Assembly (NCBI GenBank): GCA_017499595.2
Contig: CM039006.1
Span: 1,860,001 to 1,924,000, forward strand
From: Psilocybe cubensis
Taxonomy: Eukaryota
Length of the DNA stretch: 64,000 nt
Reading direction: 5' to 3'
Under the pieces are notes generated by a model. The model had not been told where the DNA came from and did not search any database. It saw only the letters and a list, made by a program, of their open reading frames with translations. The translations under genes were made by a program, and so were the position numbers. Of the stretch, positions 12,927 through 24,955 are shown piece after piece; the stretch's first letter is position 1, and every line of letters starts with the position of its first letter.

Positions 12927-15900
12927 TTAATCTGTAATTATAAATCTCCACACGGACGGATACTCCGGGTTAATTTGACGGAAGACCTTATCCGCGGCCC
13001 GCCCCAGATCATTCCACATGGCAATCTGCTTTTGAGCATTTGCCCTGTGACCAACTAACCTGTCAGGAACAAAATCATGCCGTGCACGCCATGTCTTTGC
13101 CATATACACATAAAATCTGACAGTCCATTCCATTTCCTTTTTTGTCAAGGCCAGCTCCTCTTGCCATCTATTCCTCTGAGCTCGCGCGCGGAGCCAGTTT
13201 AGCCTAAAGACTAAGAAGCCCTTGAGAAAAAAATTAGAAATACAAATAGCAGTACTCACACTCATTAACGTATAATTGATTATCATTGTCCAGGCCCTGA
13301 CGGGATCTCCAAATCCAACTTAGACGGTCCGAGCTTCCTCCGTGAATGTTCGGATCCGACACGGCATTACTATGCTTGCAATCATGGACTTGCAGAATGG
13401 GATATTGTTTCCGAATATTATCCTCGTCTCGCACGCCAGCAGATAAATAGATCATCTTCTGACGGTTTGTGTTGTAGAGTCGCCGGTGCAATTTCCAGGA
13501 AGCATTCAAAAGCTTGACGCCATCCCAAGCACGAGTCCCCATATAGACGGAGTCGGCGGTCCGAACCTGATATTTATACTGCCAAGAAAGCTGGATCAAG
13601 GCTGACCGGACCGCTTCCAGACAGTCCTCTGCGTGGCCATGTCTTATTTGAAGTTCAAGTTTGCGAAGCCCTTTTAAAATGAGGTTTGTTCCCGCGTCAA
13701 GGCCGTCAAAGAAATCTTGTTTGACGGCGGAGGGAAACGGAAGCGGCTGTCGTTCCGGATCCGCGCGGGTAATGTTGACATTTCCAAGATCAGGATCGTC
13801 GTTGTCACTGACTTCATAGTCAAGTATGGGAGCGATGTCCCCTTGAATATCCTCCAAGACATCTTCGCCCATGAAGGTCATAGCGGATCGACAGAAGGCT
13901 TCAACGCGGGTCCGCATGGAGCGACATTTATTGACCAAGTCAAGTTTCTGCGCGGTGGAAGGATGCTTTCCGAGCTTTCTGACATGGTCCCTGAGCTCCA
14001 ATCTAAAAGCATGTTAAATTCTGTAGGATGCAATTGAAATAATCGTACTGCGCTTGCTCCAGTTTTAAGCCGGATGATATCCATGCTGCCTTTCCAGTAG
14101 CACCATTAGATGTAAGTTCCATATTTGAAAGATGCAATTCAATTTCTTGGCGTCCAGCGGCCGTTTTCACTTTGCTTGCCATTACCTTGCCAACAGCGTC
14201 GGCCACACCTTGTTCTCGGTCCGCTTCTGCTTTTGAAATTTCATCTTCCCAAGTGTTGATGAGCCCGGAATCTTGTTGATCCGTGATACCCCTATAAAAT
14301 CGGTCTGTGATTCCGGACTGTTCCCGTGCCCGTTTGAACTTTGCAGCAATTGTTGCAGCCATATTAATGGTCTTCTTCCAGTTGGAATCCCCCATGTGGT
14401 CGTCCAAAACCTCTGCTCGATGGGCAGTGGTAGCGGAACGTGTACTCCGGGATGTGTCATTTAACACGGACCACAACGGCTCCAGGATTTCTCCGTCAAT
14501 GATTCCCACACCCGGGACATAGGTGGATGCGTAGTTGTAAAGACATTCCGTCTTGTGCCCGTGGACGTGAAATAAACCAATTGCAAAAATCATTTTAACA
14601 GAAGGTGGCCAATGCATTTTTGTGGACTCTGAGAGACGCCTTGCCAAGTTAACGCAATATTGACAGTTTATATCGTAGATTTCCAAATGTTTTGTGATTC
14701 CCTGTGTGTTGGTAGTTTCCCTGGCCTGAGTCAAAGACCAATCCATGTGCATCTGCTTTTCGCCTTTGTCAAAATCGACAACGCTGGATGGACAGAAGCA
14801 TCCGTGCCTAGCGCAAGCGTGTGCCCCAATTCCACGTACTCTCTTACCCGGGCTGACTCTGTTTTCAGCTTTCTGGGCGTGGTAGTTATGACATGTTTGT
14901 TCCTGATATTTTTTTACACGGAGGATAAGCCATCCGCCGTGGAAGATTTTTTTGACACGGAAGGGAAGCATCCGCCGTGGAAGATTGTGACACGGAACGT
15001 AAGCATCCGCCGTGAAAGATAAATCATGGTAGATAACGCACCCGTTTATAACGTGGAGCAAGAGAAATTGCTTCCTTGATGTGCTCCTTGTATGGGCCCG
15101 GAGCAGTCATGTATCCTTCTCCAACGCTCAACCAAACATCGTCTCCCTCGTTTTTCTGATTGAGGTGATCTGCTTTGAAATTACCATCTGCAACATAACT
15201 ACGTATGTACAGATTGCTATTTGCTGTTAATTGCAGTCACCCTTGAAGAATAACTAAAACTTGCCTGTCAGCATCATCAATCCAGGTATCAGGTAGGTTT
15301 ATTCCAGGCTGTGGACAGGCGGGGCAGAATAAGGCCAACTTCCCTCTCCTATCTTCAACTTTGGGATGATCCTCGGTCCGCGTCATTTGTGGTGCAGGCG
15401 GACCATCTAATCCGCCGTGTCCCAGAGACGGGTCCGTTGACGTTCCGACTTCTTGAGACGGACTATCAGATCCGCCGTCAATTGGATCAGATACATTAAT
15501 ACCCATCCTCTCTGGTGATGAATCATGGCAATGATGATAGTAAGGGACCACCGCTTCTCTTGTATGCCCTTCTCCGTATTGTCGTCTCAGGACAAGGTCC
15601 CTGTATTCTCTACTAAGCCTTCTCAATTCACGATAGCGGTTCAGCACCTTTTTTGGAAACGCTGGCGAAGTCAGTCTTCGCAACTTTTGGTAATACTGAT
15701 AAGCCGACGTTTTGCACTCGAGGTTGTCCATCCGAAAGTCCTCAAGGACCTCAACTGTGAACACAGTTTGAACGTTTTCAAAGCTGGCTGCAAATAATCC
15801 CATCTCCAGATACTGTAAATCGATAGACGGAAGGCGGACGGACCGGCATGTGCATGTTCGCACGGGCAGATAATGGACTCCGGAGGTGTGCACAATTGCC

Positions 15901-16849
15901 TTGAAAGGAATTCCATTGTTGTCTGCTGCCTTTGGACGAGGTTGGTCCAGATAGGTTGTATCGACTTCCTCGAATAGATCATCGTCTTCATCGTCTCCAT
16001 CGTCCAGCTCAACCAAATGGGGTACCTCCGGGTCCGCCAGAAGCTGAGCCGTAAAGGATTCTTGGTCATTGCTCGCAGGAAGCGGATCCAGGTCCAATCC
16101 GTGTTCATCCTCAAAGATGGGCGAATTGTTTCCGCCGTGCCCATGACTCCCGGATGAATTGTTTCCGCCGTCGCATCCTAGATGGCTCGGATCCGTGGGA
16201 TAAGGACACCGCTTCCCATTATGACCCAAATACAACTTGACACCCACTTCCCACAGAGCTCCCGGACGGAAATATAGACCCGTCCACTTCTCAACGCGGT
16301 GGAAAGGTGTAAATTGATGGTTTCTTCGCAGGCATTCAGAACACAAAATTCTAGAGCCAAAGCATTGGCAACATCTCCACACTCCAGACATTCCTTGACA
16401 TTGCTGACACCGTCCATTCAGATCCGGATCCGGGGCTTCTCCTCCAATCATTGTTCCAAGATACACCTCTCGTTTCGGGAGCCATTCCCTCAGGTAATCA
16501 TTTTGAGACTGGATAGGTAAAGTCATCCTGATCATTCTACTGAAAACATGTTAAAACATACCTTTCCTCCCGTTCTGTCGTCATCTAGCTGTCTCAGGTT
16601 ATCAAGTACCTGCTGATCAGTTAGATCTCCCGGATAATGAGGTATTTCTTCTTCCAGAATGTTGTGTTCATGGTTTTGGAAAGAGTAAGTCGTTGTTTGA
16701 GGGAGGTTTGTTGATGATGATTCTGCAGGAAGTTTGTGGATCCTCGGCCGCCCTCTCTTTCGTTTCTTGGCCCCACTAGACCAGGAGGCCTCCCGAACAT
16801 TGGGAAACTCCTCATCCGATCCCCTATCAGGTACTTTCTTGAAGCCCAT
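12927..16849 (-). CDS. CxC2-domain KDZ transposase (multi-exon)
   Basis: CxC2-like region IVHTSGVH...CTC...QYLEMGLF...YYQKLRRLT; CPACPQPGIN; catalytic-type motifs DGNFK, YDINCQY, FHVHGH..C and DGEILEPLWS; C-terminal WLRARAQRNRWQEE. Confidence 0.93.
14917..15020. repeat. Three ~36-bp tandem repeats with a CATCCGCCGTG core inside a transposase intron (14903-15041)
   Basis: Seen directly; mirrored at ~39617-39720. Confidence 0.85.
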
Positions 16850-17728
16850 GGATGTTGGAAACAAAGAGTCTGACAGCCTGTGAGCGCAGATCTAAATGTA
16901 GTATAACATGTTTATTTCTGTAGATAAATTTCCCTCAATTATGCCGTTTTAAAGAGGAGAAAAATAGCTTTCATATGATCTATCTTGCAGCATATTTGGA
17001 TGAGTGAGTGAAATGTTATGAACAAAACTTAATCCAGAGATGCACAAAATGGACGTGATCCCATCATAAATGTACAATATGATGCAGAACGACCCTTTCA
17101 GAACCACACTTTGGAGTGTTTTTGAAATATCTTTTCACTGGCTGGCCCCTCATTCCTCCGGCGTATATCATATGAAAGATATTTTTAATAGCTACCGAAT
17201 GACATTTTTTGTAGAATGTGAATCCTCGTATTTAAGGAGATATTCTCAATATACTAGAAAATGTGTCAAAATGAGCTCACTGGGATCATTATATTTTTTG
17301 AAAAAAATTATGCATTTGAATACCTCTCATGGTCTCTGAGATGACTGCCGTTTTGGGTTTCACAAGTTTTGGGTGAGAAGACGTGAATTTGAATTTTGTG
17401 TTTCTGTATCTTTACAGCCATCTAACAAGAATTTAAAACCTTGTAAGATTATCTTTATATAAAGCGCTAAATGTTTACAAAATTTCATGTTTATTGATTG
17501 AGTGCAGAGGGAACTATTGCAAAATCATGAGGTCAATGTATGTGACAGCGACCAGCATGCTTTGATCATCGTGGCCGACGATGAAGCGGGATTACCTGAT
17601 TGGGAAAAATATGACATCACATCATTCATTTAGTATGATCGGAAGCTTATTTTATCTCCGTATGACGTGAGATTTGACTAGATCACACAGATACTCATCG
17701 ATAAGCTACTTGTTACATCGCTGCAATT

Positions 17729-20039
17729 ATGCCCACCAATGCATCCCCCGACGCGGATCCGCTTCCTTCCACTGCAAATGCCACAACCCACAACGGACCC
17801 AGAAGCGGACAGACGGCGGAGGGTGACTTTCCGCCGGAAGAATCAAATATATGGACCACAAAGGAAATGCGCGTGTTGAAAAAGCATGTACAGCCCTACA
17901 AAGATACATCAAAGTCATCCAAAGCAGACTACATACAGAACACTGTCATACCTGAGCTGCAAGCTACATGGGATCACAGATACTCTAGACGTGCTAGGAA
18001 GGAAGATAAGCAACTACACAAAGAATGGAAGGTGAAGAAGCATGTGAGCTCGTTGTTTCTTTGAAAATTTTGTTACACACATAAACCATCACAATAGCGA
18101 ATTTTTAATTGGTTTAGAAACCATGCGTCAAATCGAATTGGTGTAAAATTGGAAGGATTGAACTCCCGTATAACCTTTCAGACGGTATTCCGTGAGGAGA
18201 AGTCGGCAGAGATTGACTCCGAGGTTGCGCTTCTATCAGGGAATGCTGCTCGTGGAAGTAAAGATTGGATGAAGTTTTATCAACAAGGACGTAAGCAGGT
18301 TGAGGCCAGATTGACTCAGGAGGAGCGGGACAGGTTCATGGAGATCCTCGAGGAATGGAATAAGAAAGGTGTTTCAAAATCAATGAAGGCAAAGTGAGTC
18401 GGTGGAACTTGTTTCCGCCGTCAATCTGACATCTGCAGGACTGCTGCCAGGCAAGGCAGAAAAATACTTCGACAAATGGAGAAACTTAAGTGGCAGAGAA
18501 TGGGTATGAGGTCCATTACCTTTGAGGGGCATTATGATATTGAGGGTAAAATCAAATACTCAATGTAAGTGTTAAACACGGCATGAACAAGTTCCGCCGT
18601 GAATGCTTACGGCGGAAACTTTATCCGCCGTAGGGTGTTTACGGCGGATAAAGTTTCCGCCGTAAGCATTCACGGCGGAATAATTTGGCCCGTATTAATG
18701 TTGACTGATGGGCATTGAAGGACCCAGACAAGCGATCTAGCACTCGACGATGTCAGAATTCCTTCCTTTGGGCAACTCTTTCTATCCGAGTTGGCCGCTT
18801 TTCGCAGAGCGTTTGTTCAATACCTCGTCCACATTTCAGAAATAGAGAAGGGTGTGGCCAATCCAGCACTGCCAGATGCATCGTTTCATGAAAAATCCCT
18901 CAAGTTTAGCAGCAATGGATTTCCAATAGTACCTAGTCCTATCTATGGCTCAACTGGGAGAGAAGTCGCTTATGCGCAAAAGTCAATTATTAGAATTTAC
19001 ATGAACAAGGTTTATGGTGTGTAATTTGTCTATGTCCTCAACAAACTTGCTAACTATGTATACAGCTTTAGCCAAGGATAGGCCTGGTTCAAGTGTTCCT
19101 TGGGATGCTCTTGAAAGGCGTTCTGCAGAAATGATTGATCCAGAGTATTGGCCAAGTTCAATCCCCGTGACGGATCCGAGCCGGCTCCGCCTGGAGTCAA
19201 CTTCTGCAATTCTCAAGCTATGGAGGGACCGTCAAGCGCAAGGAGACATCCCCTTTAAATTCTCAAAGGTTTTTGGAAATGGCTATGACATTATGGAACC
19301 TCTCTATCCGTCCAACTTGTTTGACGGCCTAGAAGCCCACCCGATACCTCCACCTCCTGCAGCCATAACCAAACGTCGGCTGAGGCAAAAAGCTATACGA
19401 CTTCAAACCCAATCTTCAAGCGACTCTGAATCATCCAATCTGTCAGAGTTTGATAATGGACGGGGTAGTCCGGCATCCGCGATGCCACGCACTACTGCCA
19501 GATTTGAAGTCACGCCAGAGACGGATGAGACTCCTACCGACGCACCTTCAAGATCTAGCGAGCCACCCTCTCTACCAAGTAGATCCAGCCCAACAATTGT
19601 CAATCCATCATCCAGCCCAACTCCAGAGGTTGAGGAGGCGCCTCCCAAGCCAGCTAGAAAGATTATGCCAAGAAAAAGAACAAAGCCATATGTCGGAACG
19701 GCGGAAATGGACGGACCCGATGAAGAGAGTTCTGTACCCCCCCCAGTTAAGCCAAAACCAACTAGAAGGATTCAACCTAGGAAAAGAACAAAGCCCTACT
19801 CAGATCCACTTAACACAGTGGAAGAAGATGGAGTCCAAACAGGAACAACCCAAGACACGGATAATACACGGGCCGGCAGGGACGTGACTTGTGATGCCTT
19901 TGTGGAGACAGTAACAAGTCCAGATACGGATGAAACACGGGCCCGCAGGAATTTGACTTCGGATGCCTTAGCACTTCAGGAAGCAAGTCTGCTTGCTGTA
20001 GCAGGTAAAAGACAAAGAAAAAAAACTTTGAAAGCCTAG
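17729..20039 (+). CDS. KDZ cargo protein with homeodomain-like and HMG-box-like regions and a disordered basic tail (multi-exon)
   Basis: Spliced KKH|RIFNWFRNH (WFxN helix-3-like); FQTVFREEK...YQQGRKQVEARLTQEERDRFMEILEEWN (HMG-like); RKRTKPY twice. Divergent from the transposase gene. Confidence 0.65.
18592..18680. repeat. Perfect hairpin (41-bp arms, 7-nt loop) inside intron 18565-18720
   Basis: TTCCGCCGTGAATGCTTACGGCGGAAACTTTATCCGCCGTA, loop GGGTGTT, then the exact reverse complement. Confidence 0.95.
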
Positions 20040-20317
20040 CTGTTGAAGTAGATTCATGATACCTATTGAATGTGATGCTTTTTATTCTTATCTTGATGTT
20101 TCTCAAACATGTTTTCACACAAAATCAAAACAGAAAGCGGGGTTCATTAAAAATCATCAAGTGCTACTTTTTGGGAGAGGTATAAAACAGATGAGCACAT
20201 GAGAGTAAAAACTATATACAGTCCAAATGATGAAAAAATTGTATAGGGATGTGAGCAATGTAATATATGACAGGCAAAAAAGGAGACCAAAAAAAAGTTA
20301 CAAAGAATTGAAATACA

Positions 20318-22888
20318 CTACTTTTTTTGGGCCTTGGATTTTTTGGGCGAGCGCGATGCTTCAGCCAGAGTCGTTTCCGCCTTTCGCTTTCGTCCAGCCC
20401 TTGTCTTTGTGGCTATGTTCGACGCGGGCAGCGTGGACGCCACGATCTCAACATCCTCCTCCTCCACAATTTCAACCTCGTCGCTGTCCGAGGGATCAGA
20501 CAACTCCGATGAGTGTCCATTCCCGGATGGCCCAGCCTTGGAGGATGGCTTAGCCTTTGACAATGGCTTAGCCTTTGAGGATGGGCCAGCCTTTGACGAT
20601 GGCGCGGCCTTTGACGATGGTGCACCCTTTGACAACGGTGCGGCCTTTGACGTCAAACTTCGAGGACGTGGAGCTGGGAGAGGGGGTGGTGGAGACAGGG
20701 AAAGGATGGGCGGTACCGGTGGGAGCGAGGGTCGGCCAGCTGGGGGGGGCAAAGGCGCTTCCGGAGTCGAACCGGGCAAGAATAGCGCTGTTGGTGGCGC
20801 AGACACGGCAGGGAGGACGGGTGCGGGTGGAGGTGGGGGAGGGGAAGGGAGGACAGGTGCTGGCGGTGGTGGAGGAGGGGAAGGGAGAATGGGTGCTGCT
20901 GGAGGTGGAGGTGGGGAAGGGAGGGGTGCTGGCGGTGGTGGTGCGCTTGGGGATTGTGGCACAGAGGTGGGTTCACGGGTCCGCGACGGACCCGATTCTT
21001 GTTCGACCTCCGTCTTGGAGGGTCCTGCTGCCTGTTTGGGGGCGGGATTCCTTCGTTCATCCTGCTCCAGCAAATCGTCGACCACATCTCGGACGTGGTT
21101 GATCCTCTTGGTGATGTCGTTGAACATCGTGACGGAAAGCGAGGTGCTTCCTGCCACTTGTTCTTTGGCCATGGTCTATTCGGCCTTCACCTCTTGGATG
21201 CCGTCCTCGATGCTCTTCATCCTGTTCTCCACCGCCAAGTTCGTCTCGGCAAACGTCGCAATCCGTGCATTAATCGCCGTCATGGACGCGGATAACCCGT
21301 CCAGCCGTTCCATGATTCTGCCTTGGCGCTCAAAGAGCTGCACAAGCAGTTCTCCCACATCCTCGGGGAACGACCCTTCCCCGGCCTTCCCCTTCGCCGG
21401 AACATCTTCTCCCTCCTCCAACTTCAACGCCTCCCCATAGCTTCCCAGTGGCGTCGTCAAAAATTGACCCACGAAGGTGTTGCGCCCCGGGTAGAAGCTG
21501 CAGTGGATCTTGCGAGACTTGCAAGACTCGCAAGATTGGTGCTTCACGGGGACGAGAGGCTCAGTGCCTGTCTCCCCCTTGACATAGCATGGCACCTTGA
21601 ATTTGATGCATGCCGTGCACCTTTCCACCATGTCCACCATCCCCTCTGGCACCTGGCGCACTTTCTGGGATCTCGACCGCGCCTTCCTGATGGGGGGGAC
21701 ATCGTCCTCGGTGTCCTTCTTTACGGAACGCGTGCGCATCTTCCGGGTGGGGGTGGCAGTGGGGGTGGTAGGCGGTGCCCCTTTGTTATCGCCTTCGTCG
21801 TCCTCGTCAACGTCCGCGTCCGCGTCTTCGTCCGTGTGGCTTCCTATGATCGCCTTGCTCCTGAATTTCCCCTGCTTGGACTTCGCCAATCTTTCCAGCT
21901 TCTCCCTGTACGCTGGGTGACCGGGCATGTTGGAGGCGGTAATGTGGGGAATAATTTCCCCCTTCTTTGTCCGTGGGCCCCTGTAATCCGCTGGAGCCAA
22001 CTGAATGGACTCCACGGGGTCCGCCGCTTTCCGTTTGCCCTTGTCTTTGTGGGCGTCTGTCACGGGTCCGTCTTCCACCGGGGGTTCGACTGCCTTGCCC
22101 TTGCCCTTCTCGGCCCGTCTCTTCTCCGTCTCCTCCTTGTTCCTCTCCTCGTCTGTCTCCTGCTCCTGCTCCTGCTCCTGCTCCCTCTTCCTCCTCTCCT
22201 CCGCCTTCTGCCTCTCCTGCTCCCTGGTCCTCCTCTCCTGCTCCCTCTTCCTCCTCTCATCCTTTCTCCTCTCCTCCACCTTCTGCTTCTCTTCCTCCCT
22301 CTTCCTCCTCTCCTCCTCCCTCTGCCTCTCCTCCTCCTCCTCCCTCTGCCTCTCCTCTTCCTCCTCCCTCTTCTTCTTCTCCTCCCTCTTCCTCCTCACC
22401 TCCCTCTTCCTCCTCTCCTCCACCCTCTGCCTCTCCTCCTCCTCTTGCTCCTCCTTCTCCCTCCTCTTTTCTTGCTCCTCCTCCTCCCTCCTCTTCCTCT
22501 GTGCCTCCTGGCCTTCCTGGTAGGCCTTGAAGTTGGCGACTTGATGTTTGAGCGTCGCCCAGTCGACCTCAAACCTGTAGATGTTCTCGCCGTCCTTGCC
22601 CTGGATGACTTTGTACGAGTAGACAACGGGGCTCGCAACATAGTCAATGAGCCGGAAGCGGGCGGCGTCCCTGACATGCTCCTGACACAATGGAACCTAT
22701 TGGAATTTTTTTTTTTTTGTTGAGCAAGTCATGATCTTATAAAATTGAGAACTTACCAAGTCCCTGTAAAGCTGCTCCAACTCAGCGTTGAACGCGCTTT
22801 CACCGTTGCGGTAGCACTCGGTAAACTTTTTTTCCCAGTCAGCGAGGCGTTGGGCGAAGGTGGCGGTGGTGGAAGATGAAGCGGCCAT
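20318..22888 (-). pseudogene. Zn(II)2Cys6 / coiled-coil / Pro-rich KDZ cargo gene carrying a nonsense mutation
   Basis: CTAC-x6-C-x18-CESC-x6-C; TGG>TAG at 21176-21178 relative to the intact copy at 31749-34319. Confidence 0.85.
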
Positions 22889-23194
22889 TGAAAAAAGCGT
22901 GTTTTTATGGGGGAAGACGCGTTAAAGTGGTGAGGCACGGTAGAACGTGAGGGTGGTGATCGTGGTTGGAGTTAGTCTAAAAAAAGTCTAAAAAAAAGCG
23001 GTCCCGCAAAACAAAACCATACACAAACATGTACAATCTGAGTCATGTGATTTCTTCACCAGATCCAGTTTGTGCAAAAGTTGCTAAGTTCGATACACGG
23101 GTGAATCTATTTCCGTGTCATGGAGAATCCTCGGATAGTATTGTATTCCGTGAGATATATAAACAAGCCCACCCAGTTGCACTTTCTGGACTGT

Positions 23195-24552
23195 ATGTCC
23201 TCCTACAACTTTATTCCCACCTCTAGCAAAAATTCCCCCATTGACTACACCAGTCTCAACAATCTTACCAGGCTTCTTGAAAAACTGAAGGAACCTCCTC
23301 CCGTAAAACCTATAAAATGTAAGACTAATGGCATTAATTCAAGTAAATTTTAATTGATTTCTGAGCATCAGCAATGTCTTCAAATATTAGCAACTCTAAG
23401 GAAAGCAAACGCACAGCAAGGACGGATGACCTGGCTCCGCCGCCAATGCCAGTAATTCCAGCTAACCTGGCTCCGCCGCCAATGCCAGTAATTCCAGCTA
23501 ACCTGGCTCCACCCCCTATGCCTGTCATTCCAGCTAACCTGGCTCCACCCCCTATGCCTGTCATTCCAGCTAACCTGGCTCCACCCCCTATGCCTGTCAT
23601 TCCAGCTAACCTGGCTCCACCCCCTATGCCTGTCATTCCAGCTAACCTGGCTCCACCCCCTATGCCTGTCATTCCAGCTAACCTGGCTCCACCCCCTATG
23701 CCTGTCATTCCAGCTAACCTGGCTCCACCCCCTATGCCTGTCATTCCAGCTAACCTGGCTCCACCCCCTATGCCAGTCATCCGGAACGACACGGCTCCGC
23801 CGCCAATGCCTGTCATCCGGAACGACACGGCTCCGCCGCCAATGCCTGTCATCCGGAACGACACGGCTCCGCCGCCAATGCCAATCATTCCAGATAACCT
23901 AGCTCCTCCCCCTATGCCTGTCATTCCACCTACCCTGGCTCCTCCCCCTATGCCTGTTATTCCAGATACCCTGGATCCTCCACCTATGCCTGTCATCCGG
24001 GATGATGTGGCTCCGCCGTTGATGGCAGCACATGTTTCATACACGTCTGTCGTCGACAAAATCATTATGGACTCTCGTCCAGCTATTTCCTCTGAGAGGA
24101 AGCAAGGTCGCTATTCTCCACCCCCTGAAGCATGCCACCTGCTCCTTCAAAACCCTTATTTTCGAACCTACGGCAGGTTTGATCCCATGGGCGGCTACCC
24201 CGGTTCGCCTCCCACCCAGTCTGACATTGAGTTCGAGGATGTGACAGATCAGACGGCATATTTTAACCCTCCTTTTCTATATGTATGCACTCAGATATTA
24301 CCAAGCACTAGATACTGACAACTATTTTAGAATTATACCGAGCAGCAGCTACGGGCAACATACGACCAAATAATCGACAGTTCCGTCGGCGACAATAGTT
24401 ATGACAGCAAGGTCACAACGTTTAAGAACCTCCGCCTGCATCAGCTGCAGTCAGAAATTCTGACTTATAATGCGCTGGAGGAAATTGACGCTGGGCTGGC
24501 AGGGATTGAATCGAGTTTGGAAAAGCATTTGTATACCGGTAGAGATGAATAA
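23195..24552 (+). CDS. KDZ cargo proline-repeat protein (LAPPPMPVIPAN)n with a helical C-terminus
   Basis: TATA-like element at ~23155; introns 23319-23371 and 24283-24330; stop TAA at 24550-24552. The first exon is inferred. Confidence 0.7.
23431..24006 (+). repeat. Coding minisatellite, 16 x 36 bp
   Basis: 576 bp equals 16 units of 12 codons. Confidence 0.95.
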
Positions 24553-24630
24553 ATTATTTTTGGAGCCCTTGTGCTCATTGATTCGCAATACCTCTCAAAT
24601 ATCCCTCCCTCTCTGGGAAGATACGGGTCA

Positions 24631-24948
24631 AATGGGTCCGTCTGACAGCACAACACGGGTCAAGCGGATCCGTCTGCTTGCAATACACGGGATGCAAATG
24701 GACCCGTCCGGCTCATTTCCGGCCCGTGTTTCTTCCGTGTAGGTAGACGCGCGGATCCCGCAGGCCACCCGGCGGCTCCATTTAGCGCTAAATGGCACGT
24801 CATGTACGCTATGATTTGCCAGGCTAAATCACACGTACATCACGCTAATCTCCTAATTAGGTAGCGGGAGTAAATCCACCGTATGTCACGTAATATCCTT
24901 ATTATTAAATCTTAGGTAATGTACGTTATAAATAAACTGTCTTATGTG
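24631..24948 (-). repeat. KDZ-1 right TIR
   Basis: Ends ...GTCTTATGTG, followed by TSD AGACGAG. Confidence 0.95.
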
Positions 24949-24955
24949 AGACGAG

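Larger units (their letters stand above)
9308..24948. mobile_element. KDZ-superfamily DNA transposon, copy 1 (15,641 bp, six genes)
   Basis: 318-bp TIRs beginning CACATAAGAC; 7-bp TSD AGACGAG (9301-9307 and 24949-24955); encodes a CxC2-KDZ transposase. Confidence 0.95.

Noticed and set aside
23431-24006. 36-bp repeats as a CRISPR array
   Set aside because: Contiguous units without unique spacers, in-frame coding, eukaryotic context and no cas genes.
20334-24065. Long antisense ORFs (368, 466, 187 and 243 aa; poly-L, poly-S and GIGGGA repeats) and their mirrors
   Set aside because: Shadows of low-complexity sense-strand coding sequence.
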